Assembly (NCBI GenBank): GCA_035221665.1
Contig: CM069155.1
Coordinates: forward strand, 40,858,001 to 40,922,000
Direction of reading: 5' to 3'
Length of the DNA stretch: 64,000 bases
Origin: Okamejei kenojei
Taxonomy: Eukaryota
Below the pieces are notes generated by a model. That model searched no databases, was not told the origin of the DNA, and was given only the letters and a program-made list of their open reading frames with translations. Positions 48,148-61,544 of this stretch are shown piece after piece. A program made the translations under genes and the position numbers. Each line of letters begins with the position of its first letter. Positions within the stretch are counted from its first letter, which is position 1.

Positions 48148-51100
48148 TATCAGCTTGCCAATCCTCATTTTATATATCCTCAGAACCAACTAGATCAGAC
48201 TACATTAATCTTAAAACTTGCACCTCCATTAAGCATTGGACTAAATCTTTTTTTCATATATGCACTGGGCTTGAACCTGCAACCTTTGGTCTGAAGTACA
48301 AACACACAATGACTTCCACAAAAGGAGATGCCATGTGCTGCATCATTTAAATTCCACACTGCATTTAACCACAACAAAAAATGACTCAACAAAATCTCAG
48401 CATGGTTTGGTACTTGGTTTATTTACACTGAATGTTCAGCATTTATATTGATTTTTTTGCTTCTTGGTAAAGCTCTAAAACCGATCAACTAAATGAGAAG
48501 TGTTTTAGCAGTTCATAGGGCTTTTTAATTAACACTACCAACAGTCGGACAGAATTACTTGGAATTTAATAACTCTTTTATTATATATCAGTTAATAAAA
48601 TCAAATGCTAAACTAGATTTTGGCAGAGAAGTTGTATTTCGCATCCAGGTGAAGAATTTTGTGTATTTTTCAATGCAGTCTAAAAGAACAGAAGCATTTG
48701 TGAAAGATAAGCTTTCTTTTAAAGGGCTCCTGAGACTGTTAACTTCTGTATGCTAAGAAGGCTCCTGCCAACAGGTATGACCTTCACAATAACAGCGAAA
48801 TGCATAATGAATAGCTTTTCCTCCTATCAACAAAATGGCACATAAAATAATGATATCCTTTACCATAATTAAGGTACATCACCTTTTCTGTGAACAAGGA
48901 GAGTGCTGACCCTCAGTTGAACCAGAGGCATTTTCCTTCTTTGCTTGAATGCTAACCGCACCCGAAACTGGATAGTCAAATTAATAAAACACTAACAATG
49001 CAGCAAATTGGTGCCTTTCTATTATCAAACAATGCCAATGAAGGTTTGGAAATAAAAATCTCCTGAGTAATTGAGTCCTTGCTCCTGAATCAAGACATTT
49101 GATGCTAATTTAGAGTTATGTCTTATCACATTACCCACAAACACAGACCCATATATTGTCTGTTCACCAGGGAACAAAATAGCTACACACAGTATTATTA
49201 ATGAAGTCAATGTATTAATTTCCTATTTATGAGAAGATAACCAACTGGCTACCTTGCTGACAGCACTATTAATGATCTTTAATGCCCCACAGGCTGTAAT
49301 GGGTCCCAATGGGACCACAGGGAGCTCAGCAATTTGTATTGAGGATTTAGACATAACAAAAAAACTGTGCTCCTGGGAGTAGGCATTTGATCAGCAGTCG
49401 CCCCCGTGGAACACAGCAGACAAATAATAAATGACAGCTCAGCGATTAAATCAAACCTTCTACCTTAAGTGTTAAAGTGTCTGATTGTCACTAACAATCT
49501 AGTGCTTGTTAAAGCCCTTGGGGCCTTGGAACAGATGAAGCCAGCTGAAAGCCAAGGAGGGAAAAGGAGTGAATAGGAGCCCTTCTGTCTCAACAATTGA
49601 ACTCAATGTTCCTCTGTGCCAGCAAGGTGTTCCTTCATTTTCCCCGGAACAAGATAAATTTGTTGGGATGCCAGCTAAGCATAACAACTTTCAGCAATTC
49701 TCCATTCACACAGTCTCACTTTGAACTAAAAGTGACACGTTTGAAAGTACAGAATGAGTTGGAGGTGGTGGCGTGTGGAAATTGGAGGGTAAAAATATCT
49801 GTTAGCTTGAATGAATCCATCATGCTATTAGTAGATATTTATAACCACATAATCAGCACTCACATTATTGCACTTTATGGCAAACAACTGGTGGCAAAAC
49901 TGAGCAATTACTGCAGTACGCTTTTAAATAGGCGGTGATAACATTAATGTGCCATTCTATTTGCCTTGATGGAGCTTTATCAGGTACTTCAGTGGAGCAC
50001 AAAGCTCCAAAGTGAACCACAGTTCTTCTGGGGTCATCGTGCAAAATCACTAACAGGCTTGTTCATTAAAAAACATGATCATCAAAAGAAACATTACCAA
50101 GCGCAAAACACTGATTGCAATTTGTATTTCTCGAGGCCCACATGAATAAGTTAGAGAGGATGTAGCCACTTCTGTCAGCCCCATTCTTTTTAACAGTCCT
50201 CTGAGCCTTGTTTTACCATGCATTTTCCATTCCTTGCAGACTGAGAGGAAGAAACATAATTGTGACGATGCTCAGGAGAATACCAGGAGGCCTTGTAAAG
50301 TGCACTGCACAAATGAGCATGTCTGCTCACTCATCACATTTAGCATTTGTGCTGCCACTCTCTGTCAAATTAAACTACAGCCAACAACTCATTTTTCCCC
50401 CTTCCAGTTACAAATTAGTCCATTAAGCTGTCTACAGTAAGCCTTTTTCCTCTTCCTGGTAATGGCCTAAGAGAATTCCTTCATAATCACAAAGGCTCCC
50501 AGTACGCCCATGGAAGCAGATGGAGAAACTCTAGGGTAATGGATTGCACTTTTATGACATACCATGCTTCTCTGCTGTTTCATATTCTTCTGGAACAATC
50601 AAGATTAAAAAACAGCATAAAGAAAGGAGAAAGTACGACAGGCCAGGGGCTTTGATTTAAGATGCTGTTTAAAATTTACAGCACTATGTCTCGATCTGAG
50701 CCACGCCATGCAGATTGGCTGATCAGAACCACAGCAGGCCTGGCTAATGAATCCCACACAGTTTTTCACCGCCATCCCCCCTGCCATATTTTACTAATAA
50801 AATAGCAGTTGAATACCAACTACAGCTGCAGCAGCTCCTGCCATCTGTGCATTTTTGTCTCGTTTTTATGAAATAGTTCTTGGCCATTTACACCTTTCTC
50901 TTCTGGTGCAGATGTGCAATGAATTTTCTGACACTTCAGTGATGAAACTCAGGACCATGTATACTCTACCCAGCTTTATGGATTAAACGGACTTTGTGTG
51001 TTGCAAGGTGAACCACTGGGGAGCAACTAGAGCTTCTGAGGCTTTTGCTAACATTAACAGCAGTTAGCGCCATATTTGCTCCCCTCAGTGAATGGCTGTT

Positions 51101-53870
51101 TTTTTTTTGCCATTAGCAGTAATCACTTCTCCAACTGTCTAATCCACAAATTATTTTCCTCCCTAGTGCAGAAAGCACATGCTGACGAAACAGTCCTCAT
51201 CAAAGTGATAACACACCTGTAGTGTCCAGCTTTCAAGCTCATTTTCCTTGGTAGAGCACATCTCTCAAACATCAAAAGATTTCACTTGTGTGAACGCACA
51301 TGTATTCCATTTTAAGTTAATTCAACGCAGCTGAGAAGTTGTTTGGCATTACTCAGACATGCTGATTGTTTCTTCCTTCCCACAGCACCTCCACACCACA
51401 GAAAGATATTTAAAATAAATGCCAAACATGGTAGCAAAGCAGAGTGTTCTGGGCATGAGCATTTGGTGACTCAGATGACAAGAACTGCCCTTCAAACAAA
51501 CGCTCGGTTTCAGCCTTGTGTTGGCCCAGTAAGAGGAATCAAATGCTTAAAGTTGTTTAAATTGCCTTGATTGTACCAGGAGGCCAAACAGTACAATATG
51601 AATGATGTCTGGTTTTCATTTACAGTACTGCAAATCTGAAACTAATTACTGTTGGGTCATGTTTGTTGAATAAAAGCACTTCAGTATTATGCTCATACCA
51701 AACTAAGGATATTAACAGCCAGCAATAAAAAATGTTTTACAATGCACATCTGTAAGCAATGTGAACTGAAGTCTGCACCCGACCATTTAAAGCACTGCTG
51801 CTCGTAGTGGAAACACTTTGACCAATTCTTTTAAGATGTAACTAAGTCAGATGAAATGCAACTCACACCCATATTCACCTGGCAACAGTGTCGTTTATGG
51901 TCACAAACATTCACACAATCACACAAATCTGTACCAGTGTTTCATTTAAATTCAATGAATATACAAGAAATTTAAAGAAAAAGCCATAACTAGTCAATTT
52001 TAATATTTAACTCTGAAAGCTTCCAGTGATGTTGTGGTGCATATCTTCATCTGCATTCAACAATAGAATACACTTTTATTACAGGTGCTACTAAGGCATT
52101 TTAATCTGTTTAAAAATATTTTTTCAGCTAACTCTGTATTAAACACCATTCCTTTTACCATAGTAGTGCACCAAGCATTAAGAAACCCTCCTCCTCTGAT
52201 CTTTAAATCCCTTCCTGCTGAACCTGCTGCTTCTCCTGAACACTTCAGTTCTCTGACCTCTTCTTTACAGCCCATCTCATTGGCTGCCATGCCTTGTCCA
52301 CCGCTCCAAAATTCTCTCTCAAATTCTCTCCCCCTTCACTTCCTCAAATGTTTTTCTTAAAATCCACTCGTGGTTGCAAACTGATGTCATCTGTCATAAC
52401 CTCTTCATTTCAGTTTGAAATGTTCACGTTTTCTTCAAATACATCAAAACTTTTAAAGGTACTAAAGAAGTCTACATTGTTATTATCGAGTCACACGAAT
52501 ATGAAATTGATTGCAATTTTTGTTCATTGTGCATAGGTATCTTCTAACAGATTGGTAGTACAATTGAGAACTAGAATGCATCGCATGAACAATGGCGAGC
52601 TGAAACCCATGTTCTTTCATCAACACACAGCATGTATTATAAACATCTAATGTGTCTCATATGGGTAGAATAGATTATTGTAACTCTTTGCCACCCAAAT
52701 ATGATGGTAGTACATTGTTGCATTACTTTACTAGTAACACTGGTATCCAGAATACGAGTCCGAATTTATTTTTCAGTTAAAAATGATCTGATATTTCAGT
52801 AATGATGTCCATGCGGCTGCACATCTGTTCACCAATTCCTTCAGAGAACACAATGCGCCATTTTAACACATAAGTGACCTCATACCGCTATGTGGTTGAT
52901 TCTTAAATACTCCGTTAAATAGTTTACCAAACTTCTCAGTTGTCATTATAACCTTGACATTAAAATAGAAAAAAGATAAAATCAGATGAAGCATGGCATT
53001 CATGCAGATATCAAATTCAGACATGGAAAAGTAAAACCGAGTCCTACAATCCTGTAAAATTGTCCTCACAAACATTTACGGCAATGTCCCACAGACATGT
53101 CAAAAACAGCCTTACATCATCCTCAAAGAATCACACCATAAGGACAACATGTACAATGGTACATGATTATCACATGTAGAAGTAGTGCTTTGTCCTGGAA
53201 TACATTCAAGTTTATATGTTTGACATTGTTTGGACATTGCTCTCAGGGTAAATGCCAAAGCCCTTGAGCATTTTACTACATTGTAAAACTCATCGAGTCA
53301 TCATTTATTCGACATTTGAATTGCAGAAGAAATTGGTTACCACATACTACTCCACTGCTTATTTTATGAATGCAATTCAATAACAATGCTTTATGGGCTT
53401 AACTTTAAGTCAATTTACATCTGTAAGAAATGTGGGGCCCAACTTTTATTACCAAAACGTGTTGTTGGAAATTTGGATTTTTACATCCAGTTTAGAATAA
53501 ATTAGTCACATCTTTCAAAAGTGCAATTAGTAATTAGTTTCACAATGACGACCAAATTTCCACAAGAAATTCAGCAAAATATAAGCACAAGACATTCATT
53601 TTATAGGCTAGGCATGAAATGTTGTAATTTACTAGGAAGTGATACAATGGGATCAGTACTAAATTAGGGGTTTTAAAATTGGCCATAGCAACACAACCAC
53701 ACAGAGTTCAGTTTTATTTTACAGATATTAGTAAATGGGAAAATGTAATAGATTCATAATGTTCAGATACTTTTACTTAAATAAAAGACCAAATATTAAT
53801 AAAAACAAATTTTGATAATTTTGGATACGAAATTGGCTTGAAAGGCAGAAACAGAGGGTGGTGGTAGAGG

Positions 53871-54150
53871 GTAGACAGAAAATGCTGGAGAAACTCAGCG
53901 GGTGAGGCAGCATCTATTGAGGCAACGTTTCGGGTCGAGACCCTTCTTCAGACTGATGTCGGTGTGGGGTGGGGGGGAGAAGAAAGGAAGAGGTGGAGAC
54001 AGCAGGCTTTGTGAGAGAGCTGGGAAGGGGAGGGGAAGGTAGGAAAAAGCAAGGGCTATCTAAAATTAGAGAAGTCAATGTTCATACCGCTGGGGTGGAA
54101 AGTACCGAAGCGAAATGTGAGGCGCTGGGTCTCACTCTGGCAATGGAGGA
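53871..54150 (-). mobile_element. Penelope-like 3' fragment with hammerhead core, nested in a CR1 RT remnant (~53825-54335)
   Basis: caacgtttcgggtcgagacccttcttcagac (53923-53953); CR1 text runs ggcagaaacagagggtggtggtagagg | ctttcagactgg..agtggtgcaccatagggatcggtg across the insert. Confidence 0.82.
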
Positions 54151-54739
54151 CTTTCAGACTGGCCTTTTACAAGTGGTGCACCATAGGGATCGGTGTTGGT
54201 TAGGGTCTACTGATCGTTACTTTTATTAATGATTTGGATGCGAATGTAAGGAACATTGTTAGTACAATACATAAATTGCTGGTATAGTAGTATAGTATAA
54301 TGAAAGTGGTCACCTCCGATTACAATGGGATCACATTTTTGTATTTTACAAATGTATTTGAGTGTTTCCAACACTGGAAAAATTCAACAAAAAGGATGAT
54401 GCATTATATGCTGAAGGATGTTCCAGTGTAGTAAGTAGATTCAGCAGCTGTAGCGGGATATAGAGGAAGTAATTCAAATCATAATTCCATGAAGTTAATA
54501 CCAGCATTTTTTTGAATATGCTGTGCCATGAAGCAAGCTTGATAGTGGATTTATTTATACCGGCCTAAATAGTCCACCACATAAATTAAATATCTCTTAA
54601 TTCTGGATGGTGTGTTATACAAGATAGCCAGCAAACCTATGCTCTTTCGAAATATAAAGGAAGAGGATTCAGATTCCTCTTTTTGTTATGAAATATGAAA
54701 AGAAACTAACCTTTCACGAAGAGGCAGTGTCAGATCACT

Positions 54740-54982
54740 GAAGAGTATTGAAGTGTTAAGTCCCCAAGACCTGATGGGATCTAGCCTAGGTTATTGAGAG
54801 AAGCTTTGACGAAGATTATTGTAATCTCTCAACCTCAGGCGAGGTCTTGGAGATTAGACAATGCTGTTCCTTTGTTTAAGAAGGGAAATAGAGATAATCC
54901 AGGAAGTTCTGGGCCGGTGAGCTTCACATCGGCAGTTGTGTCATTATTGGAGAGGATTCTTAGGGATAGGGTTTATCTGTAG
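54740..54982 (+). mobile_element. CR1 RT fragment
   Basis: WRLDNAVPLFKKGNRDNPGSSGPVSFTSAVVSLLERILRDRVY. Confidence 0.82.
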
Positions 54983-55572
54983 AACTCCCAGGACATGAAA
55001 ATATGTGGTCAAAATCACCGTCATAGGTACTGGTGTTGCTAGGTGTTGATAAGGTGTTGACTCTTCAGGGGAGATTCAATGCAAATGTCCTTGCAGCTCC
55101 AAACTTGATTCAGGTAAGACAACTACTCACTGAACGCCATGGTATGTCATACCATGCAATGTGGTATCCTGCCGAAAGCTCTTCTGTTCTACTTTTCCAT
55201 CTTCCACTTAAAGACGTTTGTTCTCCTTTGAGTGCCTTTTCTCATTTAACCAACAAATTACCAACAAGATCACCTAATAATATGCTCACATCTGGAAACT
55301 AGTGGCTTGTGCCGAGGCTGTACAGAAATAAAGACCCTCAGAAGCTGCTACAGTGTTCTCAGTAGACTAAAGCAATTTCAAAGAGTTCATGGAAGCACCA
55401 AATATTTTGGCAAATGCACAAATTTCTGGTATATAAAAAAAATCAGTAGCTATGTAGAAAGCACTACTGGGAGCTCTTCCTGCTGCTAAATCAGGTTCCT
55501 CTGCGAAGACTCAAAATCATGACTTTGTGCTTTCAGCTCCAAACAACAGTATTGCCCAATTACTGACAACAG

Positions 55573-56362
55573 TAGTTCAAGTTCAAGTTTCAAGTTTACA
55601 TTTACTGTCACTGTACCAATTGGTACATGAATATTTGGGTTAACGTACAGCCATACGAATAAAATAAAGAACACAACACGTACCGATAGAATTTAACATA
55701 AACATCCCCATACAGCAGAATCTTCCTCTTTGTTCACCTGTTGTCGGGGCCTCCGCAGTCGCCGCTACAGCAGCCCGATGTTCGGGCCTTCTCGCCAGGA
55801 TGATCAAAACTCTAACGTCGGAACGGAAGAACATTCTCAGCGGCTTGGAGTTCCGAATCGGCCACTTCTTACCAGAGATCGTGACTCTCGAAGACCACAG
55901 GCCGAGCTGGGCGGAGATTCAACACTGGTGGCCCTCGGCAAAGGAATCACCAGGACTCCGCGGCTGGAAGCTCCGCAACCACAGGTCCACGATGATAAAG
56001 CAGCAGGCCCAACACTCCGGAGCTTCAACAAGCGATCCCCGGTAAGGCATCGCCTGCTCCACGATGCTAAATCAATGCTGCTCCACTGCTGAAGCTCTGG
56101 TCGGTCTCCGGCAGGAAAGGCCGCACCAATCCAGATGGTAGGCCGTGAGGGGGTGGGGGGGGGGGGGGGGGGAGGGGGGCGAAGACGTGACTCGGAGAAT
56201 AGACACATCCTCACCAGGAAGTGACTGAGAAACGGTTTCCCCCTTACCCTCCCCACCTCCCCCACATAAAACTACTAAGAAACCTCCAAAACATACTTTT
56301 TAAACTGACCAAAAATAACAAAAAGATGAAAACTGTACAGACACACTGTAGGCAGAGGCTGC
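55573..56362 (-). mobile_element. Non-coding CpG-rich retroposon with Rex1-like tail
   Basis: Abrupt GC/CpG-rich block; minus-strand end catgtaccaattggtacagtgacagtaaatgt plus (aacttg)n; no RT ORF. Confidence 0.6.
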
Positions 56363-57654
56363 TCCTGCTGGTTATCCCCCAAATAAGGGCTTCAAAAGCA
56401 AAATTTATGCCCAAAGAATTCATAATCATAATGCCGTTCAGAATCCTACATTGTACGCACATTTGCTCATCTCTTTATATGAAAAATGCTGTCAACTGGT
56501 CAATTCTACTGCAATTATAACATGTAATGGAACTTCATTACTTACAACTTTATTAGTCCTGCAACACATTCATGTCATTTCAGTATTACAAATGCTCGCA
56601 ACTTGAGTCACTCGCTAATAGGACAAATTATATTATTTTGGCAATGAAACACACCAGCTAACTGTAGGAGACTGGCACTTCTTCCATTGATTCAAGCAAA
56701 ATGTGACCTTAGACACAGTATCATTAAAAGCGTTGTCGACATATTAAATTTTCAATCAGAGCTCTCTGTTGTTATTTTTATGCTGCGGACGGACAGAATT
56801 AAAATTATCAGCACAAGTCCAAATGGATTTGCTCTCATTCAGCTTCCCGCTTCAGAGAATATTTCTGCAAATTGGTTTTAAATTAAAGGAGGCGGTAGGT
56901 ATTGTGCCTTCTCAGCATTTTCCCAGGTGCACTTAATCTAATTTCATTAAGGATATCAGGACAGATGATCACTTGTGAGGAAGCATTAAGTCTGTCCATT
57001 TTTGTATAAAACCATTAAGTCTGTCAATGTGTCAGCAGGTAAGCTGTTTATTATTTGAGATGAGCACTGGGCTAGTTTCCCAATAATCTGTCAAGAATAG
57101 TCAACCACAAATTAAGTCTGCTGCCAAGGAACAACTACAATTCAATGCTAATTTGAAAAAAATATTCATACAAACCCACATTCTAGGCCATACCAGTGTG
57201 ATTTGCAGAGCTATAACATGAACATTCAGCCTATGAATGTGCTTGGAGTTAACTAGAAAAAAATATCACTGGGTAGGCTGAAGAATAAATATAAAATAAA
57301 CTCATAAAACATGATAAAACTGCTTTCCCGATGTCTTACATTGCACAGCTCTCTGGTAATGACCAAATTTGCCACCATTTTCATTTTAAACACAAACGAA
57401 AATCAAACTTTACAATTAAACGTTTCTATATATGTTTCTGCTAGGTAAAATTAAAAGGCATTATAAATTCAAAATTGAATCACTTTGTTTTGCTGCTCTT
57501 GCCTCTGTTCTCAATTTTACTTCCCTTTTTCCAGACACTAAAGATCGGTTCCTGCCATTTATGCAGTGATGATGTGTGCCATTCGTTCAATGGGATATGC
57601 TTCTTGCGCATTGTGAATGTTAGAGATCTAGGTTTTTTAAATATAAGCACCACA

Positions 57655-57985
57655 GTTGTGCACTGGGTATTGCTGATGCCACCTCACAGCTCCAGTCATC
57701 AGGTATAATCCTGACCTGTGCTGTGTGTGTGGAGTTTGCACGGTTCCTTGTGACTGGATGAGTCTTCAGCAGGCGTTCCAGTCTCCACCCATGACACAAC
57801 GCATGCTATTGGGTTGGAACCTTGGTTGTAAATTACTGAAGTGCATGTCCGGAGACACAGGATGGGGTTCATGGGTATATGGGAGAGAATAGGTTTCTGG
57901 GAAATAAATGAAGGAATAGGATCAATGAGATTTTTCTGAGAGCCAGCACAGGCTCAATTGGCTGAATTGTCTCCTACATCATAAG
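57655..57985 (+). mobile_element. V-SINE-like element (older)
   Basis: gctgtgtgtgtggagtttgcac..ttccttgtgact; tail tgggagagaatagg..gagccagcacaggctcaattggctgaat. Confidence 0.65.
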
Positions 57986-58402
57986 AAAATATAAGAAAAA
58001 TATGAGATGTTGATACATTAATGTGCAAGTTAGAATAGATCTCTCATGATGTGATGCACTATATTAAAAACAAATACTTTTGTTATTGAAAACAAATCCT
58101 TTGTGTCTGTCTTCACAGAAGGAGATACAAAAAAAACTGCCAGGTATAATAATCAAAAGCCTGGTGAGAATAAGGAAGTGAAGGACATCAGTAACAACAA
58201 TACTACAAGACATTTGTGAAAATGAAAATTGATAAATGTCAGATCCAATAACCTACATCCCAGCTTTTTGAAAGAGATGCTTATAGAGAAAGAGGATGCC
58301 CTCACCAAGTTCCAAAACTGCAGGTATGGAACTGCTTCTGCAGATGGAGAGTAACACATGCAAGCTCAATATGTAAATAAAGAGAGAAAGCAAGAACAGC
58401 TT

Positions 58403-58790
58403 TGGGCAGTAGAGCGTTGCAACAGTTAATGCTGCTGCCCACAGCTCCAGGGACATAGGTTTGGTCCTGAGCTCGGGTGCCATCTGTGTGGAGTTTGCAC
58501 ATTCTTTCTGCACTGTTCGAATAGCCTCTGGATGTTCTGGTTTCCCCCAACATTCCAAAAGACATTTTGATAGATGCATTAAAAGCGATGTTGACATTTT
58601 AAATTCTCACTCACAGTCCTCTCTAAATTACCCCTTAATGTAGACTAATGGCAAAATGAATCAAAGTGGAGATGATAGCATGTGAGAGAGAGAATAAATT
58701 GCAGGGCTGCAGGGAAACAAGGAGGGATAATAGGACTGATGGGATTGCTGTCTGAGGAGGCAGGTACCACATAGGCTGAAGTCTTCTGTC
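58403..58790 (+). mobile_element. V-SINE-like element interrupting an old CR1 fragment
   Basis: gctgcccacagctccagggac..tctgtgtggagtttgcacattct..ctctggatgttctggtttcccc. Confidence 0.7.
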
Positions 58791-58969
58791 TTAGTAAATG
58801 TATAAAAGAGCACCCACTTGTTTACCTAACGTTGGGACAAAAAAAATCCTGGAATCTAAAATGCAGAATCTCATAACAGAAAACATGGAAAAGAATAACA
58901 GAACAGTGCAGAATTTGCATGATTTATGAAAGGGAAATGATCATTGACTAATCCAAGAAAGAATGGAAG

Positions 58970-59590
58970 AGTAAATCACAGGAACGGACCCTAGAGCCAT
59001 CAATGTCTGAGCTGAACATGATGCCTTATTAAATTAATCCCTTCTGCCTGCATATGATCACGATCTACAAACATTCATGTGCCTATCTAAAAATATCTTA
59101 AATGCCATTTTCATATCTGCTTCCATCACCACCTCTGACAGCACATTCCAGGAACACACCAGTCTGTACAAAAAACCTTACCCTGCAAATCTCCTTTAAA
59201 CTACGCCCCTCACCTCAAAACTATGCCTTTTCGTCTTTGACATTTCCCCTCTGAGCACAAAGATTACGACTGTTTATCCCATCTAAGCCTCTTGTAATTT
59301 TACATACTTCTATTTGTTCTCCACACAGCCTGCGATGCTCCAGAGAAAGCAATCCAACTTTGTCCAACCTCTCCTTATGGTTAATAGCTTTAATCCAGAC
59401 GGCATCCTGGTAAACCTCGTCTGAACCCTCGCCATATCCTGCACATCCTTTGTGTAATGGAGGAACCAGGACTGCACATAATACTCCAAATGGGGGCCTA
59501 ACCAAAGTTTTATAAAGCTGCAACTTAACCTCCTAGCTCTAACACTCAATGTCCTGATCGATGCATTCCACTCGCCTTCTTTACCACTCT
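58970..59590 (-). mobile_element. Old CR1-like 3' fragment
   Basis: ORFs QLYKTLVRP / PHLEYYVQSW..RVQTRFTRM / ERLDKVGLLSLEHRRL. Confidence 0.82.
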
Positions 59591-60929
59591 CTCTGGATGT
59601 AGGAGAATGGGTGGGCCTCTCTCAGATTGGTTCTTGCTATTGTCATTCTCTCTTTGTCACTCCTTTCATGCTTCAAGAATTTTCAAAGCACTTCAACAGT
59701 TTTCTGCTCCTCCTCCCACCCTACTGACCATACTTTTCACCCCTTTCCCTACTGATTTGTAGCCATGTTATTGTGAAACAATGGTCCAGAGTCTTTTAAA
59801 AAATTGTGAGTAGGTAAGGAAGAAGATGTCAGTAACCTCTCATGCATCAAAGCTAAATTTCAAACATTTAGACAGCAAATCTACCAACTGTTTGCAAGAT
59901 GATTCCTTGCCACTGACTTCAAAACTACAGTCAAATTTGACATTCTTTTAAGTTTTCCTGGTTGTGAAGAAAAAAAGCAGTTTTTGATCTTTCAAACAGC
60001 ATTTGATATTTTTTTCTATCAGCAAGTGCATGATTCTAGTAAACTAGGTCACTGTGCTTTAAATCTCCATATCCCGAAGGAAGCTCTAGAGTTTGGATGT
60101 TCATTTAGGAATGTGAAGCTATTCCTACTGGAATAGGCAACTCCTGTGAATTTCATTGAACTGCACAATTTGGGTCATTTCATATTATACATCATTCTTA
60201 ATTTGTAGATGTAATATTCTCTTCCAAGAGAATCAGTTTATAAACTGTGCAAGAACTGACTCTTTTTGTGTTTTTCCCAGATATTTTTCATACATAATTA
60301 TACATCACTGTATAAAAAATAAATGCTACACTTATTATGGAACTCAGCAGGTATTTAATTATCTTATAGCATTTTCAAAAATAAAATGTGGTCTTTTGTT
60401 TACAATTAAAAATGTTACAGACTATTTTACTGGATAATTATGGCAAATTAATCATGTTTTAAAACTTGATATTAAAACTTTGTGATCCAATATAATGACT
60501 AACTTCAAAAATATTTAACAATAACTGAAAGGACTGATGAGACACAAACCCTAAAATAATCCACATGCAGTGAATATGCAAAATGATTGAAGCTGCTCCT
60601 ACATTCCATAGCTGTTTACATCCAAATGCTAAATTTGTGTAATCTACATTTTTTTTTCAAATTCTGAACCTTGTCTATTGAATGAAAATTTTGTAAAGTT
60701 TTTAATAATTTGCAGGTTTACAAATTGTCTATATCGTGCACGTTGTGGCCAGCACTCAAGCAGAATTTCTGGCTATCGTCCATAGGAAATCTCAGACTTG
60801 TCCAAACACGCTGAATTTCCTAACAGACTTGGAGTGCCAAAGTTGTTAGTTTGCTATAATGCTGTATGCTTCCTTTTTGGAATCAAGAGACGATAAGGCT
60901 AATTTTGTCACCTAGTTCTGGTCACATGG

Positions 60930-61218
60930 GGTTTAGATTAGTTAGAGAAACAGCACGGAAACAGGCCCTATTGCCCACCGAGTGCATGCCGGCCATCGAT
61001 CACCCATTCACACAAGTTCTATATATTCCCACTTTCTCATCCACTCCCTACACCCAAGGGGCAATTTACAAAAGCCAATTAACCTACATACCCACACGAC
61101 ATTCGGATGTAGGAGGAAACCGGAGCACCTAAAGGAAACACGCATGGTCACAGAGAGAACGTGCAAACTCCACAAAGCAGCCGAGGTCAGGATTGAACCT
61201 GGGTCTGTGGCACTGTGA
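60930..61218 (-). mobile_element. HE1/V-SINE
   Basis: Reverse complement: gacccaggttcaatcctgacctcgg (B box), V-like ggtgctccggtttcctcc, CR1-type tail ggcaatagggcctgtttccgtgctgtttctctaa. Confidence 0.82.
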
Positions 61219-61468
61219 AGCATATTTCTTCTTAAGTATCTGGCCAATTCTACATGGATTATTTTACAATGAAATGAAAATAAAAAATAGAAAAAATAGA
61301 ACTATACCTGTAACTTTCCTGGGATAATGGGTGGTACATTTATCAAAAATATCAATCCACAAACCAATGAAAAGCCAAATATTCCAAAATAGAGAATATT
61401 CAAAATGTAGCATTGCTGAATGAAAGCTTATTGATCCTAAGGCAACTCAATAAATTAAAATTATACCC

Positions 61469-61544
61469 ATTACATTATATATATTTGGATATTATATATC
61501 CAATTAAATATATTTGGATATTATATATCCAATCATAATGTAAT
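61469..61544. repeat. Nested AT-rich palindrome with a tandem duplication
   Basis: attacattat..ataatgtaat enclosing two copies of atatatttggatattatatatccaat. Confidence 0.85.

Noticed and set aside
48679-48774. Plus-strand AG...CAG|GTATGA exon-like 96-mer
   Set aside because: Stop codons in all three frames and no supporting neighbour
51181-51205. gctgacgaaacagtcctcatca hammerhead-like words
   Set aside because: No stem II between CUGANGA and GAAA on either strand
4736-53953. Recurrent ~30-nt repeat as a CRISPR-like array
   Set aside because: Copies are dispersed kilobases apart in both orientations in eukaryotic DNA; explained as Penelope termini
55730-56265. Overlapping 120- and 142-aa ORFs
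   Set aside because: By-products of a GC-rich repeat; poly-Pro comes from the G run
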